Of a stretch of DNA of 64,000 nucleotides, positions 23,180-38,571 are shown piece after piece. The notes under the pieces were generated by a model, which had not been told where the DNA came from, searched no databases, and worked only from the letters and a program-made list of their open reading frames with translations. The translations under genes were made by a program, and so were the position numbers. Origin of the DNA: Dimorphilus gyrociliatus (Eukaryota > Animalia > Annelida); contig CAJFCJ010000003.1 of NCBI GenBank assembly GCA_904063045.1, positions 1,984,001 through 2,048,000 on the forward strand, in the 5' to 3' direction. Every line of letters begins with the position of its first letter. The stretch's first letter is position 1.

Positions 23180-23630
23180 ATTTTTAATATTCCTTGTAAT
23201 AGTTTCTTTACATTTTTTTGTTTTTCAGGCTGTACGAGGATGATTTTGAGACAGCGGGTGGAAAGGCTCTGAAAAGCCCAACCAACCTGGAAGAAGTTGA
23301 CACTTAAAATCAAAAGAGAAGAAGTTTTTAAATGTGGTGCTGCTTCTTTTCCGGCCACACTGCCCATCTTATTGTTTTGCATATTTTATATTTTCTACGC
23401 AAAATCCATTTTTTTCAATATATGCAATTTATTCAATATGCAATCTATTTATTTGTTTAAATTGTGCACGCATCAAGTATTTTACAACTTTAGTTATCCA
23501 GTATACTGCATATGTGTATTGCATAATAAAGATACATACATGCATGTAAGTTAATATATATCATTAAAAACGAATAGGTTAATAAATACCATTTTTATAA
23601 TAGCACAACATAAAAACTACAGTGTGTTCA

Positions 23631-26600
23631 TTAATCTTGCTTTTCAATGCTTTTGAATATCGTCATAAGCTCATCAAGAAAGGTTTCATATCTGTATGAA
23701 ACACGAATGTCTGGGACGTTTGTTCTAGCTATGTCATTTCCAGCAACTCCTGGCTTAGCGTAATTTGGACCAATCCAATGCTGTTTCAGTCTATGAGGAA
23801 AGCCACTCATTACTACCGAATTTCTAGCTAATTCGCACATATCTGTGCTAGTCAATTTCCAAACTTGTGCAGCTATCGAATATTCTTCCATAAGCGGTTC
23901 TTTGGTGAAATGGAATTGGAGTGGATCGTCAGTAGAGAGCGATACTTGCAGACCTTTAGAATGATAATCAGGCAAAGGATTTCTTGGGTAATTCAGAAAG
24001 AGGGAATTATTAGATAATGGTGACATGGCTATTCCGATTTGACATAAGTAATATAAGTACTGCAGGACAGGGGCCTTTCTTAGTAATAAACCATGACTAA
24101 TATTCTCAGCAAGCATATAAGCTGTAATCAAGTGATGAACAGGACCAGCTTCCCCACAATGCGGACGTAAAACAAATACATTCATACCCCTCTCTCTTCT
24201 TAACATGTTCAATACTGACATATTTGCATACGTATAGAAGAGATAATAGGTGTATGGAGGGTTATCATTAAAAGTCCACTCGGCAGGTGGAACAGTACTA
24301 TTATCAAAGTGAACTTTCTCAGCTTTACTTTCATCATCTACGGAATCAAATCCGGTTATATGAAATAGGAAAGCATGTAACTCAGGATATTTTTGAGGGC
24401 AACAGGTAGCCTCGAACATTGGCACAAATATATTGTCCAGCAGTTCTTGGAAGCTTGAAACCAATTTGTTAGATTTGAAAACGTCATATAAACGAGGAAG
24501 TTGAATAATCCATCTAACGTTAGGCGAATAAACGGAATGAGAGACCGCCCATTTAGCCAACTCTTCCCATTCGCTCCGCCGTCTTCCATAAATTGATAAT
24601 CGTAATTCTGCTTTCTGATATTTGGATTCCTCCAAATCTGACATGACTTCTCTTATGATGTGGGCAAAATATCTGCCTTCAATTTCATTATCAGTTTTGA
24701 TAAATATCTCTCTCAATCTACTTTCTCCAATTGGATTATATTTAGCATTAAACTTATCAAATCGATGAAAAGTATTCCGATCTGCATGTACATCTAACAA
24801 ATCAACGCTTAAATCATAAGCTGTAACACCTAATTTCTCGAATACTTCCTCCAGTGTAAGTAACTTTGGATTGGACCTTGACTCTTTGCATACCTTTTCT
24901 TTGGCCTCCGTTCTCATCGTTTTTTTTATAAAGCGCAGCAGATGCTTTTGATTCATACAAGAGGCAGCGTGCACGTGTGTATCGACCTTTCTCACATTGT
25001 AGAAATCTCTGTGTGGAACCTGCTTTTGACTAGCCGATTCTCTAATTTCATTAAGAAGACAATGAAGCTGGAATTTGGATTGCAGGTATGAAAGACGCCT
25101 AAAGCAAAATGATTTTAGGGGTCCATCAACCATCAACGCATATAAGATGTTTTGATCAGCTACAAAAGATTTAACATCTGGATAGGGCCATTCCAATGGT
25201 TCATTTTTCTCTAATTTTTCTTTACACTCATAAATATGCATTATACCATTTTTCATCTGAAATGCACACGGCAAATTTTCAGGTACTTCTCCTCCGATGT
25301 TATAGGGATTTTCACGGTTTGTATCTTCCTCGTCTCCTACTAGATCTGTTAAAAGAGTTTAAAAACAGTTGTTTGTGTGAAATAAGTCACAAGGTTAAAG
25401 GGTTGGTAAAACTGCAGAATCAGCTTTCAGGTTCACATCCTAAATTTGGCTGTGACTGTTTCGGTGGCTAAACTAAGTAGCTTGCTAGTAACTTGGACAA
25501 TAAATACATCATATTTAATAGAAATTAAATATAATGTAAATATTGACTTACACAATATGCTTCATATAGAAATAGTATCTTGAATACTAGATATATGGGC
25601 ATATGTATGAGATTTGTTTGTCACACTTAGGATCATAATTGTGTAAATTAAATATCCTTTTTAGAGGTTGAGCTCTTAAAATGTTGAGTACAGCACAAAT
25701 GTTGTATAAAGGTATGTGAGTTTGGTGCAGAAGAATTCTGGTATTTGTCCTCAAAACAAACAGAAACCAGGAAAATGAAATAGAAAGCCACACTGCAACA
25801 TCATACCTATACATCCATTCCAAACCTGCTCATCGCACTCAGAGAACATATTATTAGCCGTACTGTCCCTAACTGGTGAACATGACTATCTTAGGATTAT
25901 GAAAGAAAAAGTTTCTTTTTTCGATCCTTCTCTCAAATCATGCCACAAAAAATTGATTAAAAAAAAGCGAAATGCATGCAAAAAAATTATTAAAAGTGTA
26001 TTTATATATCATATAAATAGCTCTATACTCTATTTAATGTTTTCATATAAGTATACATTTTGTTTTAGGCCTAGATGCTCATTTATTAGAAAACTGCGTT
26101 GCTGAATTCTTATTAGATTATCTTTGATTTACCAGTAGAAACAAACCAATAATAGAAAAAGTAAAAGAGATGAATAATCTATTTTACAAGTATAGATATT
26201 AAATTACCTTCTTCGTTAGTATGATCTTCCTCCCGTTCAACAACGCTGGCAATATCGCTAAAATCATAAGTCTTGTCATTAAAGGTTTTAAGGAATTTGG
26301 CAGTTGTCTTGGGAAAACTCTGCATGGCAACAGCCATATACTTCTCACGTATCGACAAGGCTTTTATTATAGAGCGAGAAGCCTCCTTTGAACGAGAAAC
26401 AGAATTTTATTCATATTACATACAAATCGTGCCTACTAAACAATAATTACCTGTAAATCTTCTAAAGGTACACCACTCGTTTCTTCGCCGGAAATTGTTA
26501 GCTTTTGATATTGGGGAAGAGCTTCCTCCTCATGTGCTGCTAAACGAAGTTCATCTACCAAATTTTCACTAACTAGACGACATAGTTTGGGTTTTTCTTT

Positions 26601-27924
26601 CGGAGTAGCTTGAGGAGCTTGAGCTTCTGCGACTTGAGTTTCGAAAGAATCATCAGTTGATGGTTGCTTTTGCCTATAAAACATATATACTAATATATAT
26701 ATATATATATACTGTAAAAAATATAATATATTATATTAAAATTTATATCTTTTTTCCCCGTGTAATAAGTAAAATTATCCCTAACAAAACAACGTCATGT
26801 ACTAGTCGGATATAGAGTATATATCAACATTTGGAAGTCTGGAAGATTTGATACCCTCAAAAGTTCAAGAATATCATAAACATGCAATTCAGTGGAAATT
26901 GGAGTATAAGAAAATTTTGAAAATCTTTGTGAAAAACTTACATAAAACTCAAAAGAGGCACTCTGCAAGATAAGTGAAATAGGGGTTTGCATTAAAAGGA
27001 TATTTGATTGCGCGTTAGACATTAGAAATGTTGTCATATAGTTTATGATATATTAATGCAAATCACTTATAATTTGAGATATAATTTAATTGGAAACAAA
27101 GAAAAAACCAACCGTGCTTGCAATTTGCTCTCCATATGCTGTTTGTTTTGATGAGCTTCAATAGGATATAAGGGAACTTCGTAGGGCGCATTGTCTTCAT
27201 CCTATCAAAAGCAATGTTCAGAGATTCACCTAGAAAATGATTTGTCTACTACATACGACATTCAGATTTATGCACAAATGTATGCATAAAGATGTGTATA
27301 TAAGTAATATATATTTGTATGTGCTGTTATACATGTTTTAGACATGGCATACATAATAAGAATTGTATATTAGTATATAATATATATTCACTTATTTTCT
27401 ATTTATAAATTTATCTACAGTGTGTATCGATTCATAAAATGCAGCTTAGCTTTATGTTTCGATGAAAGAGTCATGCAACTGATCAAAATCGTCTCAAAAT
27501 TAAGCAAAATTCCCCTATTGATCGTATTTACGGACAACTGCATGCATACAACGTATAATTAAGAGTAAAAATAAGACCAACATCCGATTTCTCACATTCC
27601 ACCTCCTCTATAGCAGCTTCATCCTTCATTAGTAGAATTTATCAAATAGGTTTTATACAAATTCTTTTTTTTAAATAAACTAATTACAATCGATAATCAT
27701 TTTTAGTTTAAAAAAAAATAAGATATAGATAAACTAACTTGAAGAGCTTTATTGATCTTTCGAAAAATTGAGTCCGCCAGTTGTGATAATTTTTCGTCTT
27801 CCGGGGATTGTAGATATTTGGGAAATTTTACCTTATGCGTAGGAACGAACTTCGCTGATGTACTTAAAGGCGATGCTGCATCTGTAGAAATATTGTTTAG
27901 TTGAAAAATCTCTTCTTCATTCAT
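23631..27924 (-). CDS. AMPD2: AMP deaminase (AMPD2-like), multi-exon
   Basis: Exons 27924-27739 (KVKFPKY), about 27202-27114 (APYEVP), about 26664-26452, about 26389-26206 and 25346-23631. Motifs [38 protein letters not shown] and [10 protein letters not shown]. Confidence 0.96.
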
Positions 27925-28116
27925 TGCTGGCAGAAAGCCACCGCTAATAAATGTTTTTATATACGCACTGACAGATGTAATAAAACATCGGCCTAGTAAA
28001 AATAAAACATACGAAGAGTTAAATCAGGCGCTTCGTATTCCCTCTAGAGTACTATACATCTCACTGAAAGGACGCCTTATATACATAGGTCTTTTTCGCA
28101 GGTACAGATCGAAACG

Positions 28117-28130
28117 GTCTCCATGGTAAC
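28117..28130. promoter_or_regulatory. RFX X-box GTCTCCATGGTAAC in the AMPD/PLEKHB divergent region
   Basis: Exact fit to the X-box consensus GTHNYY-AT-RRNAAC. Confidence 0.55.
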
Positions 28131-28833
28131 GTTTCAATGAAAGTAACGAGGAGGCCAATCACCTCCCTAGTATAATTTTTTTTTAGCTTTCAAGCCTTCG
28201 ATCGATTAACGAATATCGCTCGATTGCTAATGAGTGTTGCATACTAGAATTTATTGGTTTTGGATCTAATGTTTGATACGTTACGATTTAGCAATTCAGT
28301 GATGGATAGAAAAATACCATATGTACATTTAGTTTGTCTATATACCTTTACATTCATCCAATTGTGAGTCGTCGTTTGACATCGTTTCGAATCAGGTGTA
28401 ATAGCCGATAGCAGAAATGACAATTCTTAAAATTTCGCAGCAGTTTACAAGTAAAGTGTAGGTTATCTTTTCCGCTCAGCTGTTTTTTATGCGTTGTTAT
28501 TTAATATAATAAGAGAATGTTTTTCCAAAATTTAAAAATGACTGCTCCCGTTCTCTCTATCATAGGCCATTTTTTAAATCATTAGTCATCCTACCAACAT
28601 CGCTCATCTACAAACAGATACAGAACTGTACACAAATATTCAAAATGGAGGACAAGTCTTTTTTTTGCGCCTTCATTTTTTCCTAAGTAAGTTTTTTTGT
28701 TTTATTATTTTTCAACCAAAGAATCAACATCATGTGATAAATATCTGGAAAGGTTTATGAAGAAAGTCCGCTACGCTATAGTCACGCCAGTATTTTTGCC
28801 GACACTTTTTTCTTGAAATCTTGAATTTGAGAT

Positions 28834-29554
28834 ATGGCCTTTGAAATAGCAAGATCGTCCTGGTTATATCGACAGAGTATGATTTAATTGTGCTAAAAAT
28901 AGATGTTTCTTAATTACGCAACCCCTTTTCATAATAGGTTCAATATTGAAAAGATGGAAGAGTAGTTGGTTTGTGCTCTATAAGAATGGAATGATGAGAT
29001 TCTTCGATTCTCCTGATAAGCATGTTGCTGAGGAGGTATATTACATATCAAAAGATTGTTTGGCCATCCGGAGAGCCCAATTTGTATCGAGTTATACACC
29101 TCCTAGCCATCGTTCAACAACTTGTTTGTTTGAGGTTGTATTGAAAAAGGAAACGCTGGTTTTGTGTGCCGATTCTCCTGATGACATGGAAGCTTGGTGT
29201 ATTGCTCTTGAACAAGCCAAGGATCTCGGTCCACCCAGGTCTAGGAGTGTTCCTCCAAATTCAAATATAGTATACCAATCCTATGGCGCAGGGCAGGACT
29301 TAATTATTCCGGATTCTGGACAAATTGTTGTCCATGCCGATGGTCCTGTACCTCATGGACAACCTCGAGCTTATTTGGTACGAGGAACGCCGGGAAGTCA
29401 GATTGTGCATTACCCAAATAATCAAATTGTATATGTTTCGGATCCCTATTACAATCGTTATCGTGGAGGTGACATGGCTCTGGGAATGATGGCTGGCGCA
29501 GCAACTGGAATGGCTTTGGGATCGTTATTTTGGACCCCTCTCTTCTTTTTTTGA
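28834..29554 (+). CDS. PLEKHB2: PH domain-containing family B (evectin)
   Basis: MAFEIARSSWLYRQS (28834-28876) joins SILKRWKSSWF (from 28938); PH domain; C-terminal GDMALGMMAGAATGMALGSLFW. Confidence 0.92.
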
Positions 29555-30746
29555 GGTGGCTTGCCACGGGAATTTTTATTTTAAATTTTCATTCCATATA
29601 TATTGTGTATTATAAGTTTTAATATTTTGTATTGATGATTTTATTACTTAATGATTTTTTTTACAATTTATGGATAATATATTAATGAAGTATCTATCAA
29701 TGAAATTCTGTAAGAAATGTACCACCTAATTTTTAGCTAAACACCTGAAAAATATCAAAACGTAATTGCTACACTGTGAATTTGAAATCAAATGCGGTTG
29801 AATTAGTACCATAATCAGTGCCATACTTTAAAAGGAAATAATTTCTAATTGTTCTTTGTTTATTTTAGGTGAATGATTTCCATAGCAGCCAGACTTTTAC
29901 GGGCTTTAAAAACTAACATATTACCTTATAATTATTAAAAAGATTGACTCATCCATTTCGTGACATATCATTTAGATTTCAGACTGTGACCTTTCAAAGC
30001 AGTACTAGTTTCTCTTTAACTACTTTAGTTTCAAAATAAGAAATATATATGTATGATATTCACTGACGTAAGTTACATTGTAAAACGGCCGTAGCTAACA
30101 TGTAAACTGATTGATGGATAATCTTCTTCGAAACTGAACATTTAGCCTTTAAAACTAAATTCTCTTTCAGTGTGCCTAATTATTGAAATCAAGTAAAATT
30201 AGCTAACGTTAAATTAGTACTTCAAATAATCACCTCACATTTTCTTATATGAGAAACATGTTTAAAAAATGAACAATAGTGTAATTAACTCGGCAAAAAT
30301 ATTGTGTATTATAATTATTGTTAATAATTAACACGGCAAAAGGTGTAATGACCCAATAGACAAATAATATTTGAATTCTATTAAATCCATATTTTCTCTT
30401 CAAAATTTAAAGCAGCCACTGTCTCTTTTTTTTGAAATTCTATAAGAAACAAGCCAGATTTGTTATCTGCGTCATCAACTCACATTGATTATAGTTTTTA
30501 TTAATTGGAAAAAGTGATTATGAATAGAGTACGTAAAATAATTAATAGTTGAGCCTTTTTATTTTTATTGAAAACGCTTGCAAGCATTACATCTGTCAAA
30601 AATAGTATTCATATATTAGCATGAATTGTCTAATCTATTATTTAGTGTTCTTTAAACAAACAGTTATCACATAGAGCTTTACTAAAAAAATTTTTATTTG
30701 ATAAACAATGGTATGAATAAGCTTTATTTTAATTGTAACTTATTGG

Positions 30747-32176
<1,430 letters not shown>

Positions 32177-32620
32177 ATTTCTCAGAACTCCTCTTTAGCT
32201 GTCTTGTTGATGAAGCGAACTAGAGCGTGTGATATCAGAGTCAGTTCAGTACAAATTAATAATATCTTTTATGATGAGGTTATAGAAACAAAAGTTATGT
32301 TTTGAAAGCAAATAGTGTTAGTCTTGTTTACACCAAAGGAAAAACATTTATGAACTAGCAGACGATATCTGGCACTGTTTGCTTGATAATATTCTGCTGA
32401 TATAATTCTTAAACGCAGCTCTTAATATAAAAATTGTGGCAAAAAGAGAATAGGTAGTAGAAATTTATAAATCTAAATTCTTTGGATTAAGTTCCAAAGT
32501 TTTTAAGACAAAAATGAAGGACAAATCTTTAACAGCTGCGGGAGAAAACTGGTACAACATTTTTAGACTGAATTTTGTTTATATTTAGAATTTCAGATTT
32601 CTGAAGATATCCTGTAAGAA

Positions 32621-33704
32621 ATGAGCTCGGAGAAAAGAAGAAAAGCTCGAATTCAAGGTGGTTGGAATTCAAAACATACAGAAAACTCCAACCAAAAAAC
32701 AAAAGATTTAAATCCTCTCTGGTTAGCTAAGAATGTCGATGGAACTCAAAAGAGCAAAGAAAAATTTGTATTCCAAGAAGTGAACGAACCTATTAAGCCC
32801 GATGATATTGTTAAAACAATAGAGTAAGCAGTCTATAGATTGATGAAATAAATTAAGTCCAACTTTTTCAAACAGTAAACCTGGAGTTTATGATATCAGT
32901 GAAGGACCAACTGGATTGTCAAGGTATACACTTCTCCTTAAAAATTTTGTTTTTGCATAGGTTTCTTTTTTTCAGAATACGATTTTTTCCTAACTTTATT
33001 CCTAAGGATCAAAGTGAGCAATTAATGGAGAGTTTAAAATTTGAGCTGCAATGGAGACAGGGAAGCGACATAAAAAATGGAGAATCGTATATTCAACCGC
33101 GATTGACAGCCTGGTATGGTGATCTGCCTTATTCATACAGTGGATATACCTTGAAAGCTAACACAGAGGTATGTATTTTTAGTTTGAATGTGTATATTTT
33201 GTGTATGTTGATTTTTATGACAAAATGGTCTACCATCAGTGGAATCCTCATTTATTAAAGCTAAAAGCTCATTTGGAAGATTCGACAGGCTTAGTGTTCA
33301 ATTCAGTCCTTGGTAACTTGTACAGAGATGGGCATGATTCCGTTAGCTGGCATTCGGATGATGAACCTTCACTTGGTCCTCAGCCAAATATAGCTTCATT
33401 ATCTTTTGGCGATACGAGAATGTTTGAGATGAGAAAGAAACCTATTCCACCGAATGTAACTATATTTATACTGTATTTGTTGTCCTATTTTAATCATACA
33501 GCACAAAGCGTAAAAAATAATATCTAATTTTTCCATATTGCCTAGGAGGATTATCGAGAGTATGTGAAAATTCCACTTACGGCTGGGTCTCTATTGATAA
33601 TGGAAGGTTGTGTGCAGGAAGATTGGCAGCACAGGATTCCCAAGGAATATCACGACAGAGATGCTCGTATAAACTTGACATTTAGAGTAATTCTTCCCGA
33701 ATAG
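32621..33704 (+). CDS. ALKBH3: AlkB homolog 3, Fe(II)/2-oxoglutarate dioxygenase, multi-exon
   Basis: MSSEKRRKARIQGGW start, QPRLTAWYG, NLYRDGHDSVSWHSDDE (HxD), WQHRIPKEY and RINLTFR. Confidence 0.95.
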
Positions 33705-33871
33705 TGAAACTACTTATCCTTTGTTTACCGAATGCAAAATAAAACTGCTAGCTGTCAGTTGGGATATTTTTGAACTTTCATTTGCAGATTCTATTTAATT
33801 AAAATAATAGTCAATGGAGTAATTTTTCAATTTGATAATCATGTCAAAGTAGTGTATATAAATCAAAAGAC

Positions 33872-35042
33872 TTATGATCTGCTCTCACAGTTAATTACAA
33901 CCTTTAAAACTCCCTCTTTGCCAAATGAATCGAAAGCGTTTTGGCTCTCTTCCATTTGAAAGCGATGAGTTACTAGTTGTTTAACATCCAAATCTCCTCT
34001 TGCAACCATTTCTATTGCTTCCCTATAAGTATTTGCATAGCGAAATATTCCTCTGATGTCTACTTCTCTAATGGCTGCATCCAGAATAGGAATATTTACT
34101 TGAGCTGGACCCATTCCAACAAGAACTACAGTACCACCACTCTTTGTTGCATAAATTGCCGTTTGAATTGAAGACTCTATATGAACAAAAAAACCAGCTT
34201 TACCAATGGCGAGTTTTGATAAAAATTATAAAATATTTCTCACCAGCACCACTACATTCTATAGTCACTCGTGGCTCGCCAATCTTTTCCTTAATAAGCT
34301 CTGCAACCTTTTTTGGATCTTTTTCTTTTATCAATAGAGTATGTGTTGCCCCCATTTGTTTCGCTCTCTTCAAGCGATCTACAGCAATATCCGTCACACA
34401 AATTTTTGCAGCTCCCATAGATTTTGCTACTAGCATACTCACTAAACCAATTGCTCCAGCACCACAGATTTGAACGCTATCCCCGAAGGTGACACCTGCT
34501 CGTTTACAAGCATGAACACCCACTGATAAAGGTTCTATCAATGCCCCCTCTTCCAGAGAAACGTTGTCAGGTAAACTGAGGTTAGCAAATTTAAATAAAC
34601 TAAGAGTCTATGCTACTAATAAATTTACACGTTACTTGTAGCAAAAGTCAGATGCGTGGCAATGGAAATTTGCAATGCATCCATCAACAGGAGGAGTCGC
34701 CAAGAATACAACATCTTTACACAAATTGTACCGTCCAATTTTACAAAATTGGCATGCCTTACATGGAACTCCAGGTTCTACGGCTACTCGATCACCAACC
34801 TTCAAATTTTGAACTCCAGGTCCTAATTTCGTTACAATACCAGAAGCTTCGTGCCCTAAAATCATGGGTTTCTTAACAATAAAGTCGCCAATAGCCATTT
34901 TCCTTAAATATGAAACATCAGAGCCGCAAATTCCAACGCTTCTGATTGACAATTGGACTTCTCCAGCTTTTGGTTCAGGGAGAGGTCTCTCTTCCAGTTT
35001 CATTTCATCTTTTTCTCGCAGTACTAAGCAAAAGTTTTTCAT
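33872..35042 (-). CDS. SORD: Sorbitol dehydrogenase (zinc-containing MDR family), 3 exons
   Basis: GICGSD, LGHEASG, structural Zn site C..C..C.......C, IEPLSVGVHAC, GAGAIGL and GIFRYANTY. Confidence 0.93.
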
Positions 35043-35548
35043 CTTGGAAGTATTTGATCAAATGAATTTCAGGAAAAGAGTGGTAGAGGATTGTTATCTA
35101 AAAAGGCGTCAACAGTTTACATGTACTCACTCAAAGATTATATTATTTCTTATGATAGCAGTTCAGCTCAGTTACAAGCAATAAAATACTTGAATATTGT
35201 GGAAAAACCTAAAACAGTAACCCTGTTTTGGAATTTATGAATGGATTAATTACCTTGTTTTCCAACTGAAAATGGGAAATTTTTAATAGTTTTTTTCGTT
35301 CGAGATAATTTTTTAACCCATAACGAATCTGTGCTTTGGCCTAATAGTCAATACTAAAAATAAGATTCTGTAGAAAAATTCTCGAATATAGAGGAAAATA
35401 ACATTGATATTTACTTCCTAGAAGTAATATACTCAATTTTATTTCATTTATTAATCTGGAATAAAGTTGATCACTTGACCAGTTATATTCCCAAAACTAT
35501 AAGGCTTTTCATTCGTAAACGCTTAATATCTATCAAAGGCGATCTCAA

Positions 35549-38500
35549 ATGAATTTTAGCGACCTTGTTTTTAATGATTCCATTAATAGCAGTCAGGTAA
35601 GTCTTTAGACTTGTAATAAAGAAATAATTTCAACTTTCTTTTGACTCATCAGGGAATTGCGGATGGAATTCCATTTATTTTGATGCTACAAATAGAGCGC
35701 GCCCTAACAACCGAATGGAGAGCTTTTGTGGCATCATTTGATTCAACAATATATAAAATAAAGTAAAATATCTATCATAACATGTTAAAATTTAATACAA
35801 ATTTAATTTTCTCTACCGTTCTTATATCATGCTTGTTTGATAGAGACAGTGATAGAGAAAAAGCTGCAATGTCCGAACATAAAGCAGAGGGAAGTGCTAT
35901 TAGGGAAATAATAAAGAGATTTAAATGTAGGAATATGCCAGTTGACATTTTTGCTAAAAGTATATTCAATATAGAATGTAACGAAGCATTGATGGTGTTA
36001 TTTAATCCAAAATGTGTTACAATTATTGACGACTTGTCAGATGAAGATCTTGAAATTTTAGAAGATGAAGTGCTATGCCTAAAAGTGAAAGCTACTGGTA
36101 TTCCAATTCCAAATTATCAATGGTTTCAAGATGAAAAATTAATAGAAGGACAGACGTGTCCTGTGTTACATATCGATAAGTTGAGGTAGAAAATATTAAT
36201 AATATTAAATATCTATAATTCACAAATTTAACTGTTTAGATTATCGGATTCTGGTAAATATTATTGCAAATTTACGCAGGACAGCATTGGTCAAAAAATA
36301 TTTTCTAAGACAAAAAATTTGCGAGTCATAGCACTTCCAGGAATAAGACCATCCATGAGAGGGATTTCAGAGAACAATAACCAAGATTGCGTTCAATCAC
36401 AGCAAGATTTTAATTTTTTGAAGAATCTTCCTGAACGTATCTCGATAACAGGAGGAGGCGTTGAAGAATTTTCATTAATTGTGAGTGGGAAAGAGAATTT
36501 AAAATTCATGTGGTTCGCTAATAACGTTGCAATAGGTTGTTATGAACATTCATATAGAAATAAGCAATTACCCTTACTTTTTTTTACTGTTTTTAAATTC
36601 AGATGATTTCATCTTCACTGTTAAAGACGGACCTGCTTGTTCTTGTCGTGAAAATCATGATCAAAGATGCTTGTTTTCAAATGTAGCACCAGTGAACATG
36701 TTGAAAAAATCAACAATATCTATCAATACACATAATGTTGACTCTTATGTCGAATATAAAATACAATGCCTTGTTAGAAGCACCTCTAGTAAAATGTCAA
36801 AAATTTCCAATACGATGCATTTCATTTGTGATCATAGGAGCTCTAACTTTCGTCCAGCACAAAAAATAGCTCTACTTTTTGGTGTTTCTGAATATCATTT
36901 CTCTACACAATTGAAGCCTATTGAAAAGAAGATGCAAAAATTGGAACAAGCGCTGGAATCTTTAGAATATGAAACTTATTCATTCTTAAATATTAATAAA
37001 TCTGAAATGGAGCAAGCTATTGAATTAATCAAAAAATTCATTCAACCAAATGCTTATTGTTTGTATACTTTAAACAAAATTAGTCCAATAACTGTATCAT
37101 TTGTTTTCTTTCATTAGTTTTGTTCTATTACGTTGGACATGGCTTTACTCGTGAAAGTTCGCCAACGACCTACTTAACAGATCCAGATTCAGATCTTCGC
37201 AATGAAAACACTTGTCTGACCGATGATTACATATTCAATAGTCTTAACAGTAATGAATTTTTCGTTGAGTTACGATACATTTACACTACTAGCACCTTTA
37301 ACAGATTGTCAGAAGATGCTAAATTCCGTCTTCGTCTTCGATACATGCAGAATGAACAGCGCTAGGTATATTTCTTATATTTCTAATATTTGTATTTATT
37401 TTTCACTAACTGGTTATATGTTAAGCTGCGAAAATGGCAGAAATGGCGAAATTCCGAGTGTTAAGGAATCAAGGACAGATAACGGATACTTGAAACTATA
37501 TGCAACGTAAGTGAAGAATAAAGTAACAAATAAAATAGAATTGATTTAGCAACAATTGTACAAATAGAGCTTACGGCTTAATGAACTATATACAAACGGA
37601 TGAAAATGCTAAAAGTTTTGTAGATTACTTCAGTAAGTCGTTAATATAGAATTTCTGTTTATATTTAAAAGAGAACTAAATTAATTATTAAATTTTTTTA
37701 AAATTCAACATATAGTTGAAAATATTGAGCTCAGTTTGTCTCAGCTGATATTGCGAGTACAGCAATGTAAGTTATTTTTTAATATATATTGTGGTATGTT
37801 TTTATTTTAGCGACTATCCATTTAGCACTTCTTCAAACTTCTAATCCACAACTCTCGCAGAAAATTCATTCTGATGTCACAATCAATTTGAAAAGAAGTT
37901 TAGCTGATAAAATTTCATTGGACCCTAATTCAAGTGTAATAAAAAGGAAAGATATGTATATAAGTGAGAGAATGCATGATTAAACTTAAATTTATTTGAG
38001 ATAAATTTCTTATTGACTTCAGAAAATGCTGTTGCAAGAGCTATACCACAATGCAGATCCCAAGAAGGCCGATGGCTGGACTCGAACCACTTTGGAATCA
38101 GATATAAACTTATCAAAGAATTTTCTAATGTTTTAGTGGTACATATTCTATGGAAAGAAAAAGAAGGATACTATAATTCAAATATTATAGTGAATACCGA
38201 GGAAGATAACGGAATTGAATGTGGTAAAGATGAGAATATATCTATTGCCCATAATTATAGGAATAAATATTTTATTTTCAAGAATTTACAGAGATTTGAA
38301 TCAGTTAGTTTTTCATTATTTCTTAATCAATTGCAAATTCTAAAAGTGAATTTTTCTTTACTTTCAGTTTAAAGGATGGGAGCAAAAATTTTATTTCATA
38401 GGAGAGAATGCTATGGGAAAACCTCTAGGGAAAATTCCATTTTCTCTCAGCTTCAAAAAACCTCTGATCATTGCTCTAAAGACACATTTTACAAACTTAA

Positions 38501-38571
38501 ACAATCCAGAAACTGTCAGGACTCGAAGAGCAGAGGAAAACACTGACGCTTCTGACGACAGCCATTGCTAG
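35549..38571 (+). CDS. MALT1: MALT1-type paracaspase (death domain, 2 Ig, caspase-like, Ig3), multi-exon
   Basis: DD exons; Ig motifs LKVKATGIPIPNYQWF and DSGKYYC; KIALLFGVSEY; catalytic His in FYYVGHG and catalytic Cys in VFVFDTCR (joined by intron 37250-37304); stop at 38571. Confidence 0.85.

Noticed and set aside
37120-37365. MALT1 catalytic His and Cys in different frames (possible frameshift or dead protease)
   Set aside because: A 55-nt GT-AG intron at 37250-37304 joins them in frame.
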